Notes under the pieces: model-generated
The model's database searches: none
What the model was told of the DNA's origin: nothing
What the model saw: the letters and a program-made list of their open reading frames with translations, nothing else
Program-made: the position numbers and the translations under genes
Origin: Poseidonia sp.
GTDB taxonomy: Archaea; Thermoplasmatota; Poseidoniia; Poseidoniales; Poseidoniaceae
Assembly (NCBI GenBank): GCA_049617635.1
Contig: JBMZJQ010000001.1
Location: 17,299-81,298 of the forward strand
Length of the DNA: 64,000 bases
Direction of reading: 5' to 3'
Shown here: piece by piece, positions 9,809 through 17,900 of the stretch
Numbering within the stretch: the first letter of the stretch is position 1
How the letters are laid out: each line of letters opens with the position of its first letter

Positions 9809-10459
9809 GTGAAGCGTTTGGAAAAAGCGGAAAGAATCGCTCAACAACTGGAAGCCTTCTACCCTGTCATTCCCATTCCCCTCGACCACAGCAATCCGTT
9901 TGAGCTCCTGGTCGCCGTGCTGATGAGTGCACAAACCACCGACTTGAAAGTCAACGAAGTCACACCGGCCTTGTTCTCCAAAGCCAGTTCAGCGGCTGAC
10001 ATGGCCCAGTTGGAGGTCGAGACCATCTTGGCGGACATCCGCCAGGTGGGTTTGGCTCCCACGAAGGCCAAGAACATCAAACGACTTTCTGAACTCCTGG
10101 TGGAACGTCACGGCGGTGAAGTCCCTGCCTCGTTTGAAGACCTCGAAGCCCTGCCGGGCGTGGGCCACAAAACGGCCAGTGTCGTGATGTCCCAAGCCTT
10201 TGGCGTTCCGGCCTTTCCCGTGGACACCCACATTCACCGTTTGGCCGCTCGATGGGGTCTTTCCAACGGGACCACGGTTGAAAAAACCGAACACGACCTC
10301 AAAGCGGTGTTTCCCAAGGAAAAGTGGAACGATTTGCATTTGCAAATCATCTTCTTTGGTCGAGAATACTGCCCGGCTCGTTTCCACGACCTCACGCAGT
10401 GTCCTATCTGTTCATGGGCCGCTTCGAAAAAGCGAATTCGCGAGGAGATGAAGCGTTAA
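9809..10459 (+). CDS. nth: endonuclease III (HhH-GPD DNA glycosylase/AP lyase)
   Basis: NPFELLVAVLMSAQTTD, LPGVGHKTASVVM (catalytic Lys) and VDTHIHR (Asp). GTG start with a GGTGGG SD. The C-terminal cluster region has only three Cys (see findings). Confidence 0.85.
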   Translation: MKRLEKAERIAQQLEAFYPVIPIPLDHSNPFELLVAVLMSAQTTDLKVNEVTPALFSKASSAADMAQLEVETILADIRQVGLAPTKAKNIKRLSELLVERHGGEVPASFEDLEALPGVGHKTASVVMSQAFGVPAFPVDTHIHRLAARWGLSNGTTVEKTEHDLKAVFPKEKWNDLHLQIIFFGREYCPARFHDLTQCPICSWAASKKRIREEMKR

Positions 10460-10463
10460 CGCC

Positions 10464-10895
10464 TCAGAACAGCGAGAAGCCTCGCCCAACGATGCTTGTG
10501 ATCAACACAACAGCAGCGAGCATGAAGGCAATGCGAATGCCGACGTGCTGCCCTTGTTCTTCTTGCGCTTCTCGCACAAAGGCATAGCCAAGCATGGTCA
10601 ACGCACCGGTCTGGAGAACGGCACTCATGGCGCCGAAGAGGGAGATTTGGAACATGTAACTGTCCACATCGTCTGCGTACTCTTCGGCTTCCTTGGTGTC
10701 GGTCATGTCGTAATCGGCCGTATCAGGCATCGAAGAGGCGAATGGAAGTTCACTGAAGGCTGCGGAAAACACCAACAACGCAAGGCCAATCATCAACCAT
10801 TTCTGAAAGGTGTAGATGTTGCCTTTCAACATGCCTGAGGCAGGAGGCTGGTAGGGTGAAGCGGCAGCAGGTGCAGGCGGTAGCGGAGGTTGCAT
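10464..10895 (-). CDS. membrane protein (about 3 TM), last gene of the archaellum-strand array
   Basis: Pro-rich N-terminus, three hydrophobic helices and an acidic loop. First ATG at 10895; the track start 10913 is TTG. Confidence 0.5.
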   Translation of the reverse strand: MQPPLPPAPAAASPYQPPASGMLKGNIYTFQKWLMIGLALLVFSAAFSELPFASSMPDTADYDMTDTKEAEEYADDVDSYMFQISLFGAMSAVLQTGALTMLGYAFVREAQEEQGQHVGIRIAFMLAAVVLITSIVGRGFSLF

Positions 10896-10939
10896 TGAAC
10901 GGAAGAAGAACAAAACGGAGTATCAATGTTCCCGAATCG

Positions 10940-12742
10940 TCATACGCTGAAGATACTGCTCGCACTTTCCAACAAGACGGCCGTGATCAATGAGGCTATG
11001 CCGGCCACCCAAGTGAGTTGAATCATCTGCCCGATGGCGCTTGTTCGTGTACCACCTCGAAGCCGAGTGGCGATGGAAGACACCGCCACGACCTGCATGA
11101 TAATGAGCAACGAGATGATGATTTTGAACATCCGGATGTTGTCGTCCACGGATGAGGCATCTTCCATGACCGGTAACGCAACACCGCCACCAAAGTCTGA
11201 AAGAGCACCGACATCGGTTCCCACCAGTCCAGTCGCCACCCCAGCGATAGCGTCACCCAACTGCAACACGATGGCCGTGGTGACGTTCAAGGAGGCAACG
11301 CTCGAAATCAACAACCCGAGCGCAACACCCCACATGGTGTTGGCTGACAGCGACCGACGGTTCCGTAGCGAAAGCAGGTTACCGACCGAACGGGACACCA
11401 TTTCGGCGGTTTCTGCAGGTTTTCCAGAGGATTGTGAACCCTCGATGTAAATGCGAGTGTATCGAGAAATCACGGCCGAGTTCGTGTCGGCGGTGAAGTA
11501 ATCCCAGGCTCTGTCGGAGTCAATGCGGGTGGCCAACCGTTTTTCAAGGCGGTCAATGGAGTTGTCAAGCATACCGAAATCAATGCCACGAAGGGCTTTG
11601 ATGGTCGCAGAGGGTTCGGCTGAACGCGCCTGCGCCGTTCCACCCAGAGCACGAATGAAATCCGGATAGGTCTCGTCGCGGCGTTGAATCTGACCCTCTT
11701 CTCGGCGCACCAAGAAAGCAGGAACAAGCAAGGGTGAAAACGGAATGGCAATGAACAGCAGCCCGTATTTATCCCATTGGGACGTGATGGTGTCCCAAAT
11801 CCAAATCAGCGTGAACACCGCCAAAACGAACAAGCCGGCGGTGATGGCCCCTGAAAGAAGCAAGGAACGACGGAAATTGATACGGAACGGTGTGTCCATT
11901 TGGTCCCTCGCAAAGGTCTGGTCCTTCGGAATTGTCGCCCGAAATGCGAACACTGCGCCGATTTGAATGAACATAAACAGAAGCGATGCGAGCAACAAAA
12001 ATCGCAAACGACTGGCGATTTCAATGGGTGTATCGTTGGCACTCCCGACCTCGAAAAGCACCAAATGAATGCCAGCGATCACCAAACCGAACAAGCCGGC
12101 GGTCACCAGCGAGACGTAAATCTCCTTGAGTGTATCCACCGACTCAAGGCGTGTGTCGTACAGCGTGTTGTACTGCTCAGCAATCGTTTCCTGCTCTGAG
12201 CGCATGAATTCGTCGATGGGTTGACCCGCTTCGATGGAGAACGCCATTCGGTCAAGGAAGTCCGACCACAGCGGTGAAGGGCTCTGATGAGCGACGATAC
12301 GGGCGGCTTCGGGAAGGGAAGTGTGCCATTTTTCGACCAAGGTCTCGATGCGTTGCACTTCCGAGGCCAACTCACCGTAATCTCGCATTTGTTTGAGAAT
12401 ATCAAAAATGGATTGGGCGCCCACTTCACCGATGGAAAGAATCCCCATACGCGTAATGAACATGTGCATCTCGGCTTCGATGAGGGTAGCTGAGCGTTGA
12501 ACTTCGAGCACCGGGTACGCCACGGCCGCCACCAAGGACATGGCGGTGAGCATAATGACGAACAGTACACCGGTAAAACCGGCGAACAAGGCGCCTTCAC
12601 CCAACCCTCCGGTGAGGAACACCAAGACGATGGCCGTCAGAAACGTCACGGCGACGATGGGCGCCACGTAGATGGCGAGGAAACGCCCGACGGGCATTTC
12701 AAGACGTCGAAGGGCAATGTGCCAAATTGGCATGCGCTCCAT
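10940..12742 (-). CDS. arlJ: archaellum assembly platform membrane protein ArlJ (FlaJ)
   Basis: 600-aa polytopic protein with TadC/GspF-like architecture, immediately downstream of arlI. Confidence 0.85.
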   Translation of the reverse strand: MERMPIWHIALRRLEMPVGRFLAIYVAPIVAVTFLTAIVLVFLTGGLGEGALFAGFTGVLFVIMLTAMSLVAAVAYPVLEVQRSATLIEAEMHMFITRMGILSIGEVGAQSIFDILKQMRDYGELASEVQRIETLVEKWHTSLPEAARIVAHQSPSPLWSDFLDRMAFSIEAGQPIDEFMRSEQETIAEQYNTLYDTRLESVDTLKEIYVSLVTAGLFGLVIAGIHLVLFEVGSANDTPIEIASRLRFLLLASLLFMFIQIGAVFAFRATIPKDQTFARDQMDTPFRINFRRSLLLSGAITAGLFVLAVFTLIWIWDTITSQWDKYGLLFIAIPFSPLLVPAFLVRREEGQIQRRDETYPDFIRALGGTAQARSAEPSATIKALRGIDFGMLDNSIDRLEKRLATRIDSDRAWDYFTADTNSAVISRYTRIYIEGSQSSGKPAETAEMVSRSVGNLLSLRNRRSLSANTMWGVALGLLISSVASLNVTTAIVLQLGDAIAGVATGLVGTDVGALSDFGGGVALPVMEDASSVDDNIRMFKIIISLLIIMQVVAVSSIATRLRGGTRTSAIGQMIQLTWVAGIASLITAVLLESASSIFSV

Positions 12743-12754
12743 GTCTCATCATCC

Positions 12755-14470
12755 TCACTTGTGATTGACCCCAACCCACGTGTCGATGGCGCGGTCGAAA
12801 TGCTCCCAACCGTTGGAGTAATACAAGCCCAGGAGGTCAAAGACATCGTCGTAATGCGTGAGGTCGCGGTCGGCCATGCGCTGAATAGCAGCCGCCCGGC
12901 GAAGCATTTCATCGTAGATGTCACGCTTGTTGGCAAACCCTGCCATGGCGGCGATCTTGTTCTCGAGGAGATGCGACTGGAACATACCGCGGAAGTAGTG
13001 CTTGTCTTTCACCGGGTCCCACTCAAACATACCACGGGTCAACACACCGTCGCTGTGCTTGTTGTACCCAATCACCTCATCAATTCCGGTGATACGACGA
13101 GCGATACCGCCGCCGGGTGCCTCGACGACTTCTTGGAAAATCGCAAAGTTGAGGTTGTCGAAGAAACGGATGGGGACGTTGATTGGGTCGCCGGTGAAAC
13201 GCTGAATCATCTTGACGATGGACGATGCGTGGAAGGTGGCAATGACCGGGTGACCGGTTTGCATAGCTTGGAACGCCGTGGCACCCTCAACACCACGGAT
13301 TTCACCGATGATGATGTAGCGAGGGCGGCTTCGCAACGCTGCCTTGAGTAGGTCAAACATTTCCACTCTCGAATCTTCGTTCTTGGCATCACGGGTGACC
13401 AGACGCTGCCAAATCTTGTGGCGCACCTTCACTTCAGGTGTGTCCTCTGCCGAGTAAATCTTGACGTTGTGGTCGATGAACGGCAAAATAGCATTCAGCG
13501 TGGTGGTCTTTCCGGAGGCCGTTTCTCCGGACACGAGAACGGACATGCCGTATTCGAGACATATCCAGATGTAGGCCGCTTGTTGGGCCGACATCGTCCC
13601 CCACTGGATGAGTTGAATCACCGAAATCGTTTCTTCGGCGAACTTACGGATGGTGAACGAAGGTCCGAGCATGGACACGTCGTCGGAGAAGATGATGTTG
13701 ATACGGGAACCGTCAAGCAGCACACCGTCGATGATGGGTTTGTTGTCCGAGACTGGTCGACCGATACGCTCGGACATGGCTCGAAGGTAACGAGAGAGCA
13801 ATTCCCGTTCCCTGAAACGGATGTTCGAGGTGACCATCCCAAACACCTTGTGGTCCATGTGGATGTGTTTGAGGCCAACCGAGTGAATATCTTCCAACAT
13901 TTCGTCAGAAAGCAAGGGTTCGAGAGGCCCGTTTCGAATAAGGTCACGAATCACAACGTAGGTGAGGCGCTCTCGTTGGGCCTGCGTGACCGTCAAGCGT
14001 TTGTCGTCCATTCCAACCAACTCCCACATACGACCTTGACGGCGAACGAGGTTGTTGGCTTCAGAATCGAGGATGGTGTAGCGCTCAATCATTTGTTGAA
14101 GGATGTTCTCAAATTCGGTGTCGGTGGTGAAGGAAGGAGCGGTTGGTGCCTCTTGAAGCAGGGTCTCAACGAGTTCACGTCGGATGTTTTCTTCCTCTTC
14201 GGTCAATTGCGGTTCAAGACCGAACCAGAGGACGGTCCCTCCACCGTCCTCGTCGGCAGGTGGTTCGTAGATATGGACAAAGATGGGTTCTCGAGTGACA
14301 TAAATCAGGTTCAGAGGCCGTTGTTTCTTGGCGTCTCGGTCAAGTGGGCCGTAGTAGATGGGGCGAGAGCCGTAACGCATCTCGAAATCCCGCACCCATT
14401 CGGCGACGTGGGGATAAGCAGCCATGACGCCGTTGAGGTCGCCTTTCGCAAATCGGGGTTCGTCGCTCAT
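12755..14470 (-). CDS. arlI: archaellum motor/assembly ATPase ArlI (FlaI), type II/IV secretion ATPase family
   Basis: Walker A GETASGKTTTLNA, Walker B-like PRYIIIGEIRG. GGAGGGGAG SD upstream of the ATG at 14470. Confidence 0.95.
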   Translation of the reverse strand: MSDEPRFAKGDLNGVMAAYPHVAEWVRDFEMRYGSRPIYYGPLDRDAKKQRPLNLIYVTREPIFVHIYEPPADEDGGGTVLWFGLEPQLTEEEENIRRELVETLLQEAPTAPSFTTDTEFENILQQMIERYTILDSEANNLVRRQGRMWELVGMDDKRLTVTQAQRERLTYVVIRDLIRNGPLEPLLSDEMLEDIHSVGLKHIHMDHKVFGMVTSNIRFRERELLSRYLRAMSERIGRPVSDNKPIIDGVLLDGSRINIIFSDDVSMLGPSFTIRKFAEETISVIQLIQWGTMSAQQAAYIWICLEYGMSVLVSGETASGKTTTLNAILPFIDHNVKIYSAEDTPEVKVRHKIWQRLVTRDAKNEDSRVEMFDLLKAALRSRPRYIIIGEIRGVEGATAFQAMQTGHPVIATFHASSIVKMIQRFTGDPINVPIRFFDNLNFAIFQEVVEAPGGGIARRITGIDEVIGYNKHSDGVLTRGMFEWDPVKDKHYFRGMFQSHLLENKIAAMAGFANKRDIYDEMLRRAAAIQRMADRDLTHYDDVFDLLGLYYSNGWEHFDRAIDTWVGVNHK

Positions 14471-14483
14471 CCATCTCCCCTCC

Positions 14484-15209
14484 TCAGCTCACCGCCGTGA
14501 TGTCGACGATGAAGCCCATGCCGGGCTCAACACGCCAACCGATGGACGATTGAATAGGTCCAGCAGCACGCAGGTAGCGTGTGACGATCATCGATCGCTT
14601 GAGGTCACCGCCGATCAGCGTCGTGGAGAGGTCCAACACCACTTCTGCTCCAGAACGGAGCAGGTGGAGCAACTTGGCATCCATCTCGTCGGCGTCAACG
14701 GTGAGCATCAACGTGCGTCCTGTGGAAGCGATTTTCCGCATGCGTTGAACCAATTCGAAACGCTCGGTTTCGGTGGTGTTCTCTGGCATCAAGGAACTGG
14801 CAGAATCGATCACAACGATGTCGGCGTGCTCAATGGCTTCGCTTTCAAGCACCTCGTTGAGGCCGACATCAGCGATGGGTTCAGCGATGGTTCCAAAGCG
14901 TGAAAACACCATTAACGCACCGCTGGCGAGGGCTTTTGTTACGCCGTATCCGATGGATTCCATCTGTTCAATCCAACCACGTGTCGTCAGTTCGGTCGTG
15001 ATGACCAAGACCTTCACGCCGTTTTCAAGAAGACCGTGCACGAAGCGTTGGCTGACGAGGGATTTTCCTGCACCCACCGGGCCTTGCAGCACGGCAAGAC
15101 TCCGATTCGGTATCCGAAGGCCGAGGGAATCGGCCAGACTATCGGTTTCAACCTCGTAGGGGAAGCCGTCTTCCACCGGCGTGGGGTTTTCGCCCAAGGC
15201 ATCAATCAT
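14484..15209 (-). CDS. arlH: archaellum KaiC/RecA-like ATP-binding protein ArlH (FlaH)
   Basis: Walker A GPVGAGKS and Walker B-like ADIVVIDS. ATG at 15209 overlaps the arlG stop as ATGATTGA. Confidence 0.85.
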   Translation of the reverse strand: MIDALGENPTPVEDGFPYEVETDSLADSLGLRIPNRSLAVLQGPVGAGKSLVSQRFVHGLLENGVKVLVITTELTTRGWIEQMESIGYGVTKALASGALMVFSRFGTIAEPIADVGLNEVLESEAIEHADIVVIDSASSLMPENTTETERFELVQRMRKIASTGRTLMLTVDADEMDAKLLHLLRSGAEVVLDLSTTLIGGDLKRSMIVTRYLRAAGPIQSSIGWRVEPGMGFIVDITAVS

Positions 15210-15690
15210 GCAATCGAACCTCCAAACTGATGGATGTTGAACCACGGTATCCACTGGTGACCTCAGACGAAACCGCCACGGTCAACGCAATATCGTCACC
15301 GGACGAGTACGACCAGGTTCCGGAGTCAACCGTGACCTCGAGCAGGCGCGTGTCGTCCCATTCCGTTCCGGTGGGAACAAGCGTATCGACGATGGAACCG
15401 GTCACAGACTCGCCATCAACGATGACCACGAGCGTGGAAGGGTCGAGCAGGTTCTCACCGATGTTCTGCAAATAGAACGTGATCTCCTGGTTGGTCGTGT
15501 CCAAATCCACCATCATCGGGTCGCCAGCAAAGGCCACACCTGTCGCCTGTTCAGCTTGGAGAGCGGCCACGTTGACCGTGCTGCTCTGCGCCATTTGGCC
15601 CCACTGATTGATCAGAAGGATACTGACGCTTCCCGACACCAAGAGGGCTGTGACCAGCATGATGAACGAGGATGAGCCGCCGTCTGCCAT
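15202..15690 (-). CDS. arlG: archaellum protein ArlG (FlaG)-like
   Basis: 162 aa with an archaellin-like N-terminal hydrophobic helix followed by a beta-rich domain. It is second after the archaellins in the canonical F-G-H-I-J order. GAGGTGAT SD. Confidence 0.6.
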   Translation of the reverse strand: MADGGSSSFIMLVTALLVSGSVSILLINQWGQMAQSSTVNVAALQAEQATGVAFAGDPMMVDLDTTNQEITFYLQNIGENLLDPSTLVVIVDGESVTGSIVDTLVPTGTEWDDTRLLEVTVDSGTWSYSSGDDIALTVAVSSEVTSGYRGSTSISLEVRLHD

Positions 15691-15699
15691 GGTATCACC

Positions 15700-16359
15700 T
15701 CATGCAAGGGGGAGTCCGACTGTTTGTCCGAGAACCGTCAGAGCGATTCGTTCGTACGAGGACGCTCCGTCTTCGGGCCACTCCACGACGATGGTTTCGC
15801 CGGGGTACCAGTTCGTGCTGTTGATCGTGGGGGTGTAGGCTGATGCAAGGTTGGTCGGTGCAGGACCGCTTGAACCGTCAAGGAAAATCCATCCATCTGC
15901 CAAACCAACCGTGGTCGAACCCACGTTGGTCATGTTGGCGTAGATGAAGTTGCCAATGTCGACGGTGAAAGTGGCCCCTGATGCTGACCCGGGTTGCCCG
16001 GTGGGGTCGACAATCACGGTGGGAGCCGAGGAATAATTACCGCGAATGGTGATGTACACGGTTTCAATTCCTCCAGAAGCGTCCACGGTGAATCCACCGA
16101 GGAAGCCTCCCGTTCCACCCGATGTGGTCAACGTCCCGTTCAGATAGCCGCTGCCGTTGCTGGCAACGGTGACGGACAGCACAGCGCCTTCCCACAGGGT
16201 CGCATCGTCAATTCGGATTTCAGGCGTAGCGTCGGCGGCCTCTTCGATGATCTCGAGACTGGCATCCAAGCGGTCGTCAAGTGTTTGGATTGCAATCGCA
16301 AACACCAACAACAGCGACGTGCCAATCACGAGAGCACCAATACCAACCGACGCACCCAT
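15700..16359 (-). CDS. arlF: archaellum protein ArlF (FlaF)-like, with Gly/Ser/Thr-rich insertion
   Basis: The N-terminus MGASVGIGALVIGTSLLLVF resembles the FlaF N-terminal helix, and a beta-rich domain follows. The position before arlG fits. GGAGGA SD. Confidence 0.6.
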   Translation of the reverse strand: MGASVGIGALVIGTSLLLVFAIAIQTLDDRLDASLEIIEEAADATPEIRIDDATLWEGAVLSVTVASNGSGYLNGTLTTSGGTGGFLGGFTVDASGGIETVYITIRGNYSSAPTVIVDPTGQPGSASGATFTVDIGNFIYANMTNVGSTTVGLADGWIFLDGSSGPAPTNLASAYTPTINSTNWYPGETIVVEWPEDGASSYERIALTVLGQTVGLPLA

Positions 16360-16362
16360 CCA

Positions 16363-17214
16363 TCATTCCTCCGATGTGCCTTGCCCTGCTCGCCAAGAGG
16401 CGACCATGGCCGAAAACAACAACAACTGACGGTGTGGCAGGTGATCCAACAAAGCGGAATCTGCGTCCCCTGGTTCAGCGAGCTGGACGATGGCCAACAC
16501 GTTGGATCCTTCGGGTTCCGTCAGCATGCCTGAATCGATGGCCTTCTGCGTAAAACTCACCGCCGCCATGCCCGACATGTGGTCGAGCAAGAGGGCAGCA
16601 ACCGCAGGTGCACCGGCAGAACCGCTGGCGTTCCCTGCCAATCCCAGCGTGTGGGGATTGGACAAGAAGGGGTTGGCGGCCAAGGCTTGCGCTTCGTACA
16701 ATTCGACGAGGCGCCCTTGGTCGTCTTCCATCATCCGGGCCGTTCCGCTGACATTCAACACTTCGCCGCTTGCCGAGATGATTCGTTCACCGGCAAAGCC
16801 GGTGTCGTCATCGTCCTCGTCTTCGGCAGCATCGTCCTCATTGACACTTGCAGCGGCCGCGGGGGCCTCTTCCAAGCGAATTTCGACCATGCGGAGGACA
16901 TCCTCCACCATGTCAAGACGACTGCTGATGAGCCGTTCAAGACCCGAAGTGTCGACGGTTGCCGTGCCAACAGGCTGCGGTACACTCGGTGGAGCGAGAC
17001 TCGCTGCGACGTTGGGCACGCTTTGCTGGCTGTTGATCCGAGCCTTGGTGGGCCCCGGCGAGATGGTCCAAGCATCCTCTTCCGTGAGCATCCCTTGTTC
17101 AGGGAACGGCACCTGTTCGATTGCCACGTTGGACAAAATCTTCAGGCGCTCTTCGCTCAGGGACTGGTCTGCGCTTTTGCCTTCTCCCGAGTTTCCAGTA
17201 AATGGCCAAACCAT
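16363..17214 (-). CDS. acidic cytoplasmic protein of unknown function in the ArlC/D/E (or ArlX) slot of the archaellum operon
   Basis: 283 aa with no TM or signal peptide and the low-complexity segment EDDAAEDEDDDDTG. GGAGGT SD 6 nt before the ATG at 17214. Flanked by arlB and arlF. Confidence 0.7.
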   Translation of the reverse strand: MVWPFTGNSGEGKSADQSLSEERLKILSNVAIEQVPFPEQGMLTEEDAWTISPGPTKARINSQQSVPNVAASLAPPSVPQPVGTATVDTSGLERLISSRLDMVEDVLRMVEIRLEEAPAAAASVNEDDAAEDEDDDDTGFAGERIISASGEVLNVSGTARMMEDDQGRLVELYEAQALAANPFLSNPHTLGLAGNASGSAGAPAVAALLLDHMSGMAAVSFTQKAIDSGMLTEPEGSNVLAIVQLAEPGDADSALLDHLPHRQLLLFSAMVASWRAGQGTSEE

Positions 17215-17229
17215 TTCAGAACCTCCTTC

Positions 17230-17253
17230 TGAGAATCCAAGGAAGGATTCTCA
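17230..17253 (-). promoter_or_regulatory. perfect hairpin (9-bp stem, 6-nt loop) in the arlB / downstream-gene spacer
   Basis: tGAGAATCC-aaggaa-GGATTCTCa, read directly. It lies between the arlB stop (17261) and the SD of the next gene. Confidence 0.5.
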
Positions 17254-17260
17254 AAAGTGA

Positions 17261-17890
17261 TCAGACCACAACTGCGCCACGGCTTGCATCGTTGACCTTC
17301 AGGACGTCGTAGGTTGAACCGCCACCAACAACGTGAACGTAGAGCGTACCCTTGATGTTCTCGTTGAACATGTGGTCGGGAGCACAATCGTTGTTGGCGT
17401 TGTCGTCAATGTCGAGGGAAACACGGTACGAAATACCTGCTTCCACGGTGGAGACAGCGGTGGGCGTGGCAGATGCATCATCGAGAGCAAAGACAATGCT
17501 CGCTGGTGTAGCAGCGCCGTCGGTGAAGTCACCGGCCAAGCGGTCGGTGGTAGCAACACCAGCACCGCCACCGTCAGGGTCTTCGCAGAAGACCTGCCAG
17601 AGGATGCCGTCCACAGCGGTGTCGTCGGAACCGGCTGCCAATCGGAAGTACATCACGATCGATTCAGAAGGTTCGTCAACGAACACGTTGAGAATCTGAA
17701 TCTTTCCAGACATCTCGTCCGTCGTGTCGTCACCGGTCGATTGGGCGTTCTGTTGCAACTTTTCAGCGGTTTGAATGATCACCGCTGCAGCCACGGCGGC
17801 CACAAGGATCAGGGCAATGAACACAATCATTGCACCGATACCGATGGCTGCCAGTTTGTCGTTTTCCATGTGTGTGTTATTCTTCTTCAT
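17261..17890 (-). CDS. arlB: archaellin ArlB (FlaB), copy 1
   Basis: Class III signal peptide plus the conserved hydrophobic N-terminus AIGIGAMIVFIALILVAAVAAAVIIQT. ATG at 17890 has a GAGGTGA SD 5 nt upstream; the track start 17899 is GTG. Confidence 0.9.
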   Translation of the reverse strand: MKKNNTHMENDKLAAIGIGAMIVFIALILVAAVAAAVIIQTAEKLQQNAQSTGDDTTDEMSGKIQILNVFVDEPSESIVMYFRLAAGSDDTAVDGILWQVFCEDPDGGGAGVATTDRLAGDFTDGAATPASIVFALDDASATPTAVSTVEAGISYRVSLDIDDNANNDCAPDHMFNENIKGTLYVHVVGGGSTYDVLKVNDASRGAVVV

Positions 17891-17900
17891 GTTGTTCACC

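Noticed and set aside
13418-14500. 360-aa plus-strand ORF opposite arlI, with similar shadows opposite the giant genes (for example 37884..39128, 35229..35720) and the Fe-S oxidoreductase (58829..59938)
   Set aside because: These are shadow ORFs of well-supported genes on the other strand. None has a start context or motif.
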